Assembly (NCBI GenBank): GCA_963575745.1
Contig: CAUYUJ010000021.1
Coordinates: forward strand, 1 to 64,000
Direction of reading: 5' to 3'
Length of the DNA: 64,000 nt
Source of the DNA: Prorocentrum cordatum
Lineage: Eukaryota
The number at the start of each line of letters is the position of its first letter. The first letter of the stretch is position 1. Of the stretch, positions 1-11,479 are shown one piece after another. Below the pieces are notes generated by a model. That model did not search any database. It was not told the origin of the DNA and was given only the letters and a program-made list of their open reading frames with translations. The position numbers were made by a program, and so were the translations under genes.

Positions 1-229
1 GCAGAATCCTCGAAGGCCACCCGTCAGGAGAAAGCTTGAAGTGAGATGCTGATGTCTTGTCAGCGATGCTTCTCAGCTCGCTGCACGTCGCGTGTCTCGT
101 TTGGAGATAAAGCGAGCAGACGGGCCCCTGAGGCGGCTGCCCTCACCGCGAAGACTGGGTCACTTTTGCCTGCGGTGCTTCTCAGCCCGCAGTTGCTTTT
201 CTAGACGCGTCGGTGCTGCGGCGGTCGGA

Positions 230-520
230 AGTGTCTCGTTTGCAGACATCTCCAGTTTGGCTAGCAGTGTCTCGCTCCAGACAAAAAGTCATTGATACAA
301 GTGTCTCGTTTGGACCTGAATCCGTTGATAGCAGTGTCTCGTTTGGACCTGAATCCGTTGATAGAAGCGTTTCGTATGAAGATGCCCTTATCGAAGGCAG
401 TGCGTCGTTCCATACTGAATCCATTGAACACCGTGTCTTGGTTGGGGCTAGATCCATTCATAGCAGTGTCTCGGTTGGACCTGTGTCCACTGATAGCGCA
501 GTCTCGTTTGGAGATACTAA
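230..520 (+). repeat. Degenerate ~36-bp tandem repeat (AGCAGTGTCTCGTTTGGACCTGAATCCGTTGAT-like; reads as SVSFGPESVDS)
   Basis: GTGTCTCGTTTGGA-like cores recur at ~231, 301, 335, 446 and 501; ORF 213..707 shows 12-aa periodicity. Confidence 0.75.
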
Positions 521-969
521 TATCCAAAGCAGAGGGTCCTTCGAATCTACATCCATGGAGGGCAGTGCGCAGTTGGTACTTCTAGCAATGCGTAGTTGGT
601 ACTTCTGCTGTTTCCCCTACTTCTATTATTACTTGTACTGCTACCGTTACTACAGATCGTCCTACCGATACACCTCCCACTACCAGTGCCACTGGTGTCA
701 CTACTAATACTCCCACTACCACTGCTATTAAGACTACTGCTGATGTTGCTGTTGCTGCTGCTGCTCCTCTAGCTACTGCTAACGCATCTACTGTCATTGC
801 TACTACTACTGCTACTGGAGGTACTCCCGTTACCACTCGTACCGACACTTCTTACCTTTCCTGTGCTGATGTTACAAATGAAAACGCGACGGGATCCGTA
901 GCCACATGTTTGCTCGAGTTTCACCTGGCCGTCCAGCCGCGGCGGTGCCCCTCAGCCTGCCTTGTCACA

Positions 970-2040
970 ATGCCAGCACGCGGCAAGGCATCGCCCCCGC
1001 CACCCCCGGCCCCATGTGATGGCCCGTGGGAGATTATGCCGGATCCGCCCGCGCCGACTCCTCAGCCAGGTGTCGACGTGGTCTTTGAGCAGGCTCACCT
1101 CGAAGACATCCGCCGTACACCAGGGATGGGTGGCAAGACCGCCTGCCAGTGGCAGCGCGCGCTGCGCGCCGAGTGCATTGTCAACAATTTGTCGTTCAAA
1201 GACGTAACAAACGACCCGTCCTACGACTGGAAGCAACTGCTTCGGTCTGCCGCTCCGGGTTTCGCTGGGCGCATAATCGGGCAGGGCATCGTCCAGGTTC
1301 TCTTTCGCATCATCGAGACAGAGCGCGACCCTAACTACTCCAACACGGATGGCCACGGCAGGCACTTCTTCGAGTTCCGTCGCGCAGACGGTTCAGCCAT
1401 GCGCCTGCATTACCATAAGAACGGCCGACCCGATGAGCCCACCTATGTCGGTCCACCACGCGCCGTTGCTCAGCCTGCCGTGCCTGAGCCTGGCGCTGCT
1501 CAGCCTCACGTTCCTCGTGGCGGCGCTGCTCAGACTGCCGTGCCTGACGGTGGCGCTGCTCAGCCTGCCGAGACTGGCGGTGATGCCCCACTGCTCTTCA
1601 CACAGGAGCACCTGCAAGAGGCAGCCTGCTCGCGCCAGATTGTGGGCCGCGACGAAGCCAGCGCCGCTCTCCAATCGCTGTTGCACTACCACCATGGCGA
1701 GACTGCCCCAGGTGCAGTTGACATCACCGATGGCTCAGCATTTGACTGGCTTCGATGGGTGGCACATATCGAAGGTGCGCGCGACGTCATCCGCAATGGC
1801 GTCCACAGGGTCTACGCTGTCCGCTGGAATCCGCACTGGGATCCAGAGGCCGTCTTCTGCTACGGCAACAACACCTACAGCACACTGGTGCCCCGCAAAT
1901 CGCGCTACACAGGCTCGTGGAGCCACACGCGAATTGTGACTCACCGGAACGCCAATTGGGTGACCGAGCCGTTGCTATCTGCGGCCCCTGTGGCAGCTAC
2001 GCCGTGGCTGGTGTTGCGGGATCAAATAACCTGGGAGTGA
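970..2040 (+). CDS. Hypothetical protein with two diverged copies of one domain, probably TE-borne
   Basis: Open frame 910..2040 with first ATG at 970. YDWKQLLRS..GRIIGQGIVQVLF resembles FDWLRWVAH..DVIRNGVHRVYA; the two are separated by a GAAQP repeat linker. Confidence 0.55.
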   Translation: MPARGKASPPPPPAPCDGPWEIMPDPPAPTPQPGVDVVFEQAHLEDIRRTPGMGGKTACQWQRALRAECIVNNLSFKDVTNDPSYDWKQLLRSAAPGFAGRIIGQGIVQVLFRIIETERDPNYSNTDGHGRHFFEFRRADGSAMRLHYHKNGRPDEPTYVGPPRAVAQPAVPEPGAAQPHVPRGGAAQTAVPDGGAAQPAETGGDAPLLFTQEHLQEAACSRQIVGRDEASAALQSLLHYHHGETAPGAVDITDGSAFDWLRWVAHIEGARDVIRNGVHRVYAVRWNPHWDPEAVFCYGNNTYSTLVPRKSRYTGSWSHTRIVTHRNANWVTEPLLSAAPVAATPWLVLRDQITWE

Positions 2041-3003
2041 TCTCTGGCAAACGAGATGTGGTGCTTCTCAGCCTGCACTCATGTGACGCGCAATGCCGTG
2101 CCCTGCAATCGTGTGGTGCTTCTCAGCCTGCACTCGCGCGGTGCTTCTCAGCCTGCGCCTCCTCGATGCTAGCCCGAGCCTCAGCCTGCACTCGCGCGGT
2201 CGCCGTGCTTCTCAGCCTGCGACCTTCCGCGGTGCTTCTCAGCCTGCAGGTTGCGCCGGCTGTCCGCTTCACACGCCGCCCCTCAGCGCGCTCCTCTTCC
2301 GTTTGCGACATGTCTTCGAAGAGTTGGTTGGGAGCCGAGAAGGACAGACAGACAAAAATCAATCTAGCGCGGTCATCATCCCATCATCGTCCTCAATCAT
2401 CGCATCAACATCATCAAAGGTTTCGCCGAGCACTTGTCCGATGTGGCGGCGGCCATGCCCACGGCCGACCCACTGATTCCTCCTCCAAGGCATCCGCCGT
2501 ACTTGACTGTTACCACTACACCCACTGCAACTACACTTCACTGTTACCACTACTGCCATCCACCCACTCCAACTATACTTCACTTCACTGCTACCACTAC
2601 ACCCACTACAACTACACTTCACTCGTTCACTCCCGCCACATACAACTACTACTTCACTGTTACCACTACTACCATCAGTACTACTTTTACTGCTACCTTC
2701 CCGCCTAGTCGTAGTAGTACTCGTACGCCTCTCCGCCTCCTTCTACTCGCACGCCTCTCCTCCTCCTTTTTCTTCTCTCATCGACGTCAGAACCCTTGCC
2801 TCCTATGACGTCCTCCGCTGGCCTGGGTGGTCTACTCAGGTCGCGGAGGGGGATAGGAGGGGGGTCGTTGCCATGGCTGGTTCCCTCGAATTGACGACGG
2901 GGAGGGGGGGGTGCACCGTTCCCTCGGATGGGCACATCCCCCCCTCCAAAGGTCTCCGAGCCCTCCCTCTCCGTCCTTTCCCTTCTCCTTTCTACTCGTA
3001 GAG

Positions 3004-3005
3004 TT

Positions 3006-3097
<92 letters not shown>

Positions 3098-3106
3098 TGT
3101 AGTAGG

Positions 3107-3200
<94 letters not shown>

Positions 3201-3279
3201 AGTAGTAGGAGTAGTAGTAGTACTAGTAGTACTAGTAGTACTAGTAGTACTAGTAGTAGTAGTAGTAGTAGTAGTAGTC

Positions 3280-3330
<51 letters not shown>

Positions 3331-3339
3331 ATAGTAGTC

Positions 3340-3373
<34 letters not shown>

Positions 3374-3462
3374 AAGTAGTAGTAGTAGTAGTAGTAGCAG
3401 TAGTAGTTGTAGTAGTGGTAGTAGTAGTAGTAGTAGTCGTAGTAGTAGTAGTAGTAGTAGTA
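3004..3462. repeat. (TAG)n microsatellite
   Basis: Direct reading; degenerate (CTA)-rich tracts in the opposite orientation at ~620-830 and ~2510-2700. Confidence 0.97.
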
Positions 3463-3611
3463 GACCGAACAGCTTTTGCTGATAGCTTCCTAGTGGGATC
3501 AGAAGATAGCATATGGACTCATCATGTTCCTTTTTGCTTTTGATAGCTGTCTTTGGCTTACAGAGTTTTTGCCACGGTACTCTTCTGTGGTGAAAAGGCG
3601 CCAGTCTCGCG

Positions 3612-5680
3612 ATGGCATTTTCAGCGTCAGCTTCTCGTGGTGCTTCTCAGCCTGCGAACGAAAGCCGACAGGAACCCGCGGTCGCCACTGGCCGCTGTGC
3701 TTCTCAGCCTACGTCTTTCACGATCGCCTCCTTCAACTTCGGATTCGATCAGAATATGATGACTGGGAAAAGGGCTGGCACTCACTTCTCCAACTTTGCC
3801 CGCGTGTGCGCCACAATCGTCCAGGACGGTGATGCTGATCTGCTGTTTGCTTGCGAAGTCGGTGCGTCTCGGCAAGGCCTCAGCAAAGCGATGGCTGACG
3901 CGGCAGACATCCTGACGAAACCGTTTGGCGACAATGTCTGTTTCTCCGAGGTTGACAACTACCTATGCCTGTGGGGATTCGGCGGTGCTTCTCAGCCTGT
4001 CGATGTTTCCCTGCAGGGAGACGAGCATATCCATCACATCCCAATCGGGAGACATGTGGACGCGGCGATCACACGGTTCGATGTGCAAATAGAAGGCCAT
4101 GGTAGAATTCATTTGATTATTGCCAACTTGCACATCGCTTGCGGAGCGAAGCCGCCGTCGGTGCTGACCAAACAACGTGCGGTCAGGCTCCTCCGACTCT
4201 ACCTGGACAGCCTTCCAGGTCCGCAAGTGGACGCACCAGTTGTCCGCGTCATTGTCGGCGACAGCAACCTGACGTCCACGCAGACCCGCGTTGCTCTGCA
4301 GCGCCACACCGATGACGAGCAGTTGCGGGATGTGTTTGCGCATCCAAGTGATCGCCAAGGTGACGACGTGGCGGTCTCTGGGGCCACTGCGCAGTTCAAC
4401 CATCGCTGTTGGCGCATCGTACCAGGACCGTGGCATGCGCAACGAGTCCCACGATGCTGTTGCAATCACCATTACTCTCCCTGGTGCTTCTCAGCCTAAG
4501 GGATTGCCTTAGGAGCTTTCGTCGTCTCCGATACTGCTGCAGACAAAGCCGAAACTGAAGTCGACTGGGAACCCTTGCCAAGCCGTTCTCCTTCGCCAGA
4601 ATGGCAACCCATGCCAAGCCGCTCGCCTTCGCCGCAGCGCAACGAGCTTGACGATGAAGTTCATCAGCGCGCGCAGGAAGTGCATCGTGAGATGAGGGAG
4701 TTCTGGGAGCAGATGTACGAGGAGAGCTACGATCCCAAACTTCTCCATCATCTCAGCCGCCTGCTTTTCATGAATGGCAGACGCTGGTGCTCCTCAGCCT
4801 GGCGATGACTGCGACGCAGCCTATGCGTCGCAGGAAGAGACTGCTCGGGCCATTCAGGCTGTTCTGCGGATCCGCCACGACTTCCTCCGAAGCAAGAACA
4901 TCACGAACATGCGCCATGTCCTTGCTGAGGAGGAGCGCGGGGAACTTGTCAAACGTGCTCGAGAAGAGTACGACAGTTCTGCCTTCCAGGTTCAGCTGCA
5001 GCACCGAGATGCCGAGAAAGGGAAAGCGAAGGGAAAAAACGTCAGCACAGCAGGAACGCGGTGCTGATCAGCCTGCGAGCAAAGGCAAGGGAAAAGGCAA
5101 GGGCAAGGAACAAGGCATTGGCAGCCTCCGTAAGTTCATCAGAGAGCAAAAGCGCAAGCGATGGCGTCGGCATCTGCAACGCGTTTCCGGGACGAAGCAG
5201 ATCTGGGAGGTCCTCGCCTTTTCCGGCCGCTTCGACGTTGACATGCTCAAGCGAGCCTTGCACGTCGAGCCCAGTGATGCACCCGCAGAGCTCGCCGATC
5301 GCAACCAGGTCTCTCAGGAAGAGCGCCGCCGCCTCCATCGTGACAAGGCGGAGGCCCTTGCGCGCTACAACGAAGGTGGGCGGCTCTATCGCCATCGGCA
5401 AGAGGTGCAGCGTCGCGGTGCTAGTCAGCCTGCAGACGATGCCACTTTCACTCGCAGGCAATGGGATGCACTGCGGAAGTGGGAGAGCGGCGAGTTGCTC
5501 AAGAACCGCAATGCGGCGATTGTGGCGCTGGGACATGGTCGTCTGCGCACGAAAGAGGGTGATTACCTTGACATCGGCGGCAGCGCCGGAGGTGGATCCC
5601 GGCGCATCATCGATTCTTGGCAGCCTCCAGATTGGCGCGATTTCCTGGAAGACGAGCACGAGAGGCGATGGATCCAGGCC
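3612..5680 (+). pseudogene. Frameshifted gene with an N-terminal endonuclease/exonuclease/phosphatase (EEP)-like domain
   Basis: EEP-like motifs in order: TIASFNFG, DLLFACEVG, LIIANLH, VIVGDSN, then ESHDAV in the next frame. Protein-like sequence continues through frames 4291..4512, 4575..4808, 4774..5067 and 4787..5770. Confidence 0.6.
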
Positions 5681-5739
5681 TGCTTGCCCGCGGTGTTTCT
5701 GAGCCTGCGGTGTTGGAATGCTACTTGCAACAGTGATTC

Positions 5740-6460
5740 CCTGCACGGCCGCGCACAGCTTCTCTGCTGAGGAAGACGAGGAAGGGGAGGAAGCGAGGGG
5801 AGAGGGCGCGCAGGAGGAAGAGGAGGAGGACGGGCAAGAGGAGGGCGGAGGCCGACGAGGATGAGGTGGAAGAGGAGGGGGGGCTCTGTCTGCCAGTCTC
5901 TGTGGTGCTTCTAAGCCTGCAGGCTTGCCTCGCTTTCCTCTTTTGTTCGTCGCCAGACTGGCGCGATCTAGTTCCAAAAGTGCCGCGCTGCACGGCCGCC
6001 TTCAGCCTCTGTGCTGACAGGGCGAGGAGGAGGAGGAAGACAAGGGAGATGACGAGCAGGAGGAGGAGGAGGAGGGGCGAGAGGAGGGCGGAGGCGAAGG
6101 AGGATGAGGTGGAAGAGGAGGGGGGACTCTGTCTGCCAGTCTGTGCGGTGCTTCTAAGCCTGCAGGTTTGCTTCGTTTTCCGCTTCTGTTCGCCGCCGGA
6201 CCGGCGTGATCTAGTTCCAAAAGTGATGCGCTGCGCGACCGCGTTCAGCTTCTCTGCTGAAGAGGACGAGGAGGGGGCGGAAGAGAAGGGGGAGGACGAG
6301 CAGGAGGAGAAGGAGGAAAAGGAAGAGGAGGGCGGAGGTGGAGGAGGATGAGGTGGGAGAGGAGGGGGGCTCTGTCTCTGAGTCTCTGTGGTGCTTTTAA
6401 GCCGGCAGGGTTGCCGCGCTTGTTCGCTTGTGATCGCCGCCAGACTGGCGCGATCTTCGA
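5740..6460 (+). repeat. Three diverged ~240-bp tandem units (GAG-rich tract + GGGGCTCTGTCTG..GGTGCTTCTAAGCCTGCAGG)
   Basis: Unit cores at ~5880, ~6122 and ~6366, each followed by a CTGGCGCGATCT-like motif. Confidence 0.75.
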
Positions 6461-7464
6461 GAAGACGAACAGGAGGGGTGGTGGATCCAACTCTCCATGC
6501 CCGCTGCGCTTGTCAGCCTGCAGTATTGGAAGACTATTTCCAAAGGTAATGATCTGCTCGGCCGCGTTGGCACGGTGCCTGCGAGTGTCTGCGATGCTTC
6601 TTAGCTTGCAGCTTTTGCCCGTTTTCTCGCTCCGCACGCTGCGCTCATTTGTGCTCCTCGTGCGTGTCCGAAAAAAACACGCCGAAAGAACGCAGCCATC
6701 AAACGCACTATTCATTGATACATAAGCTCTACTTTAAACAATCATGGTCATCATCACATCATCCACTTCGAACGCTTCCGTGAGCACGCAGTGAACGTAG
6801 ACACCAGAGTCCCATTTGAAACTGCATTCGTTGATACCGAGTGCTTGCTTAAACTCACATCCGTCGATTGCAGACTTTTGATGCAAAAGTCTACAATGAG
6901 AGTCCGAGTTGAATATTAATGAAATCGCCATCTGAATCTAAACGATGGTGCACACATATATGCTTTTACACGTCGTTGTTAGGTTGCTTTGCTGGGATAA
7001 TAGTTCTAGAAGTCATTTTCTTTTTGGGGTCCTGTTTTTCTCGTGGATCGGGCAAACATCACGCATTCGAGTATGTATAAATAGATGCACATATTATCAT
7101 ACGCACCTCCCCGAGGGAGTAGAGCTCAGAGGCGATTAATGCGCACGCGTCCGCGATTTGTCTGGGCGTTTCGCTCGGGACATCCTCGAAATCTTGAAAA
7201 TCGGTGGCACCCCTCACGCATATCGCGACCTCAGGGTCCAAAACCACATGGGAATTCTTTACGCTTCGCGTATCCCCACCAACCCATCTCACAACAGCAA
7301 CTCATGCGAAGCATGGCGACAGTCGTGTTTTTCAGGCGTGTGTCCGTTTGGCCCCGCATATCTCCCCTGTTCCTCCTTCCTCCCGCCTCCTTGCACATCC
7401 TCCTTGTGGGGGGAGCGGAAGGAGGACGAGGCGGAGGAGGAGGGAAAGAAAGCGCTCCTCGTGA

Positions 7465-7875
7465 TTTGAGTCGTTTGGGGTTTCTCGTCCTGGTGTGAGT
7501 CGTTCGGGCCCTTCTTCCTGGTGTGAGTCGTTCGGGCTCTTCGTGGTGTGAGTCGTTCGGGCTCTTCGTCCTGTTGTGAGTCGTTCGGGCTTCTCGTGGT
7601 GTGAGTTGTTCGGGCCCCTCGTCCTGGTGTGAGTCGTTCGGGCCCCTCCTCCTGGTGTGACTCGTTCGGGCTCCTCGTGGTGTGAGTCGTTCGGGGCCCT
7701 CGTCGTGGTGTGAGGTTCGTTTCGGGCTCCTCGGGTGTGAGTCGTTCTCGGCGCGCCTCGTCCTGGTGTGAGTCGGTTTCTCGGTCGCCCCTCCTTGTGG
7801 TGTGAAGTCGTTTTCGGGCTCTCGTGTGTGAGTCGTTCGGGCCCGTCGCCTGGTGTGAGTCGTTCCGGGCTCTTC
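7465..7875. repeat. ~23-27-bp minisatellite GGTGTGAGTCGTTCGGGC...
   Basis: About 15 imperfect copies. Confidence 0.9.
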
Positions 7876-7877
7876 GT

Positions 7878-8045
7878 GGGGCCTTCTTGGGGGGCCTCTT
7901 GGAGCCTCTTGGGCCTCTTGGGGGCCTCTGCCTCGTGGGGGCCTCTTGGGGGCCTCCTGGGCCTCTGGGGGCCTCTTGGGGCCTCTTGGGGGCCTCTTGG
8001 GGGCCTCTTTGGGGCCATCGTTGGGGCCCTCTTGGGGCCTCTTGG
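7878..8045. repeat. 10-11-bp minisatellite GGGGGCCTCTT
   Basis: Direct reading; a related degenerate tract lies at ~58790-59090. Confidence 0.9.
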
Positions 8046-8214
8046 AGGCGTCTCGGTTTCTGAACGTTCCCGTCGTTTTTGTGTTGTCTTGAGACCGATC
8101 GTTTTGAAAGGCTTCGCTGAACATCGTTGCCCACAGCCGCGGTGGTTTGCCCAAGACCATCCTTTGATCTCCCTCCTTCAACCTCGGTGCCCCACCCTTT
8201 TTTTCGTTATCCCT

Positions 8215-8597
<383 letters not shown>

Positions 8598-8749
8598 GTC
8601 TCGGCTCGAGATTGCCCAGCACTCAGACCGCAGCCGCGACGCGAAGCGCCCCGCCTCGGAGTCAGACCCCCAGGCCTCGCGAGACCGGAGGGGCCCCAGC
8701 AGGGCCCTACTGATTCGCGTCACCTCTCCCCACCAGAGCGCCCGCAGCA

Positions 8750-11320
8750 ATGGCCCCCAGTAAGCCGGAGCGCCGTCGCTCTTCCAAGCAGCCCCCGAGC
8801 TCACGTCCTGCTGCTGAAGGGTCTCTCCTCCAACGCAAGCAGGACTGCATCGCAGCTTTCAAGCAAGCGGGGTCTGACCGCCCCACGGCCGCATACAACG
8901 GGCTTGCCGAGCTGAACGCGGACGAGCTCCAGGCAACGTACGACATGCACAAGACCAACACGAAGAAGCTCGGCAGTGCCTTGATCCGCATGTGCGCCGC
9001 CAACCAGATCAGCTACACGCTTGATCACCACCAGCGCAGCAAGCCTAAGCGCATTGGCGGTGACACATCACACCCACCAGCTGGGTCCGCACGTCTTCAG
9101 GCTGCGGACACCCAATTCATCGCCTTGGACCCGGCCTTTTGGAAGGTCCCTGTCCTCGCCGAACCCACATCTCCTGACGACGGCAAGACGTACAAGCCCA
9201 GTATCAGCCTCCACGACTACGAGAGCGGTGAACGGCTGCTGCAACACCACCTCGAGCAGGGTAAGCGTACCACGGGTCAGCTTGCGATTGCTGTCATGGG
9301 CCCAAAAAACGACAACTACGTCGGTACCGAGCTCGCCGTCCCCGTGCTGAAGCGTCACCCCAAGGCGCCCAAAGTGGTCCACACGCACGTCCCCGTGACC
9401 GTGTACCAGCTGGGCACCAAGGAAGTCGCCTGCACGGAAAAAGTAGCCGTCGCCACCATCGACCCTGCCGACCACGTATGCTGGATTCGGGCGACCATAC
9501 ATGAAACCGAGGCCATTGCCGCAGTCCCCTCCATGCATCAGGCCTTTGAGGACCAGTTCTCGGGAGGTGCCCCCGTAAACGGTGGTCCACGCGCCAAGGG
9601 TCCTTTCCGAGGAGACTCCGCTCCACAGGACAAGGCGCGCCAAAACCAAAAGCACAGGGAGTCCAAGAAAGACGCTCGCCGCCAGGAGCTCGATAGTCAG
9701 CTCCAGGACACCTTCAAGGCCCTCTTCCACGGCAACTTTAAAGCCGTCACCATCCTCGAACCCTGCAAAAGCCTAGGCAGGTTTGGATCGGGCGTCGGAA
9801 AGAGGTCCCTGGCTGCCACCTTCGGCGTCAGTCTTCAAGCGGTCGACAAGGTCTTGGCGGGATCAGGGCAACTCGGTGCCACCTACGACCTCAGCAACGT
9901 AGGTGCAGACGAGCCCACCGCAGACAAGTATCAGACCGTGTGGTTCCCTGAGGACCAGCCCATCACGATGGCAGATGCGTTCCAGAAGTCGGTGGATTTC
10001 AAGGCCCTGGGAGTCGTCAGGCACGGCAAGTCAGGCTTATTGGGGATCCGTGTTTCACGAGGGTCAGACGCCGCCAAGGCTGCTGCCGTCAGCATCCGCG
10101 GCTGCGAGGCCACCCTCGCCAAGACGCGCTACCGCATCACTGGCATTGCGGCACGCCACGCCACGCTGACCCAGCTCGCCAAGACTCTCACGGGCCCGTC
10201 CGTTAAATGGGACTGTGAGGTCTACCACACCGCCTGGGACCCAGCCACCGCGGCTCAGTTTGCCTTAGTGCGCGCCCACCGTCCCCCACTCACATATACG
10301 GTACAGGTCGCAGGGTGCCCCATCCCGTGGAGCATCACCGAGGCCCCGTTGGCTGAGGTGGTGCCGAAGCGGGACAACGTTACCATCGTCACGCCTACCA
10401 CCATCACAGAGCCTGTGACGCCGCCAGCCCGTGGTGGCGGCTTCAGCCCCGCCACGGGCGCACTCCTCACCAAAGCGGCCCAGAGCCCCTACCTCCACGA
10501 CCTCATGACTGCCACGCCCAAAGGCAAGGGCGTCGCACCGCTCCTGATCCCCAAGGAGGAGCCTTTAGCCAAGCGCCACCGATCCTCCAGCGGGAAACGC
10601 GACGCCACGCCGCACGCAAGATCACACGGCGCCCCAGGCCGCAGCTCCTCTGCACCCCCGCACGGCACGGACGGAGCCGCCGAGCAGACGGCCGTCCCAG
10701 GATCAGGTGGTCATGACCCTCGGCTTGGCACGGTGGCGGCTGAAGGTGGGGGCCACACCGAAGGGGACGCTGCCACAGCCGCCGAAGTACCAGGCGACGC
10801 TGACGACGTCGAGATCCTCTCATCAGGTGATGAATACAGCGTGGCTTCCCACGAACTCAACACCTTCGGCGAACGCTTCGCATCGGCCTCTAAACTGCCA
10901 GATGCCGCCACGACCCGCATCCAACACATGGAACAACAGCACGAGCTGCTAGCCAACACGGTGGATAACATGCAGGTTCAGCTTGCGGGCGTTCTCTCCT
11001 CCCAGGCCACACTCACGGAGCACGTCTCAGGGTTGGAACGGGGGCTTGCCACCGTCGTCACCCAGCAACAGACGGCAACCGCCGACGCCGCTGCACTGCG
11101 TGGCGACATCCAGGCCCTCCTCGGGCACCTCACGGGGGGCACCATCCACCTGCCACAAGTGGCCACTCTGGAAACTAAGAAGGAGGAAGCTGCATCAGTT
11201 GCCGATCCCGTGGCTGTCTGCGGGTGGATCGACCAGCCAGGCCAGGTCACCCCAGGGACGGGGCCCCCAGGGGCTGACAAAGGCAAAGACAAGGGTCGGG
11301 CCACCCAGGAACCCTATTGA
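8750..11320 (+). CDS. LINE ORF1 protein (856 aa) with C-terminal coiled coil
   Basis: Long ORF 5' of pol, intact in both copies; heptad-like TRIQHMEQQHELLANTVDNMQVQLAGVLSSQATLTEHVSGLE. Confidence 0.85.
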   Translation: MAPSKPERRRSSKQPPSSRPAAEGSLLQRKQDCIAAFKQAGSDRPTAAYNGLAELNADELQATYDMHKTNTKKLGSALIRMCAANQISYTLDHHQRSKPKRIGGDTSHPPAGSARLQAADTQFIALDPAFWKVPVLAEPTSPDDGKTYKPSISLHDYESGERLLQHHLEQGKRTTGQLAIAVMGPKNDNYVGTELAVPVLKRHPKAPKVVHTHVPVTVYQLGTKEVACTEKVAVATIDPADHVCWIRATIHETEAIAAVPSMHQAFEDQFSGGAPVNGGPRAKGPFRGDSAPQDKARQNQKHRESKKDARRQELDSQLQDTFKALFHGNFKAVTILEPCKSLGRFGSGVGKRSLAATFGVSLQAVDKVLAGSGQLGATYDLSNVGADEPTADKYQTVWFPEDQPITMADAFQKSVDFKALGVVRHGKSGLLGIRVSRGSDAAKAAAVSIRGCEATLAKTRYRITGIAARHATLTQLAKTLTGPSVKWDCEVYHTAWDPATAAQFALVRAHRPPLTYTVQVAGCPIPWSITEAPLAEVVPKRDNVTIVTPTTITEPVTPPARGGGFSPATGALLTKAAQSPYLHDLMTATPKGKGVAPLLIPKEEPLAKRHRSSSGKRDATPHARSHGAPGRSSSAPPHGTDGAAEQTAVPGSGGHDPRLGTVAAEGGGHTEGDAATAAEVPGDADDVEILSSGDEYSVASHELNTFGERFASASKLPDAATTRIQHMEQQHELLANTVDNMQVQLAGVLSSQATLTEHVSGLERGLATVVTQQQTATADAAALRGDIQALLGHLTGGTIHLPQVATLETKKEEAASVADPVAVCGWIDQPGQVTPGTGPPGADKGKDKGRATQEPY

Positions 11321-11479
11321 AGGTGCCTCAGAGAGCCTGCCTCAGCCCTCCGAGGAAGCGCCTTCAGAGGCATCTCTTCCCTCTTCGCGTCGTATCTCTT
11401 TCTTGTCATCTCATGTCTGTTTTGGCAGCAGCACGCGCAAGCTATCTGGTGTAGGGACACCCGTCATCTTGCAGGGGGC

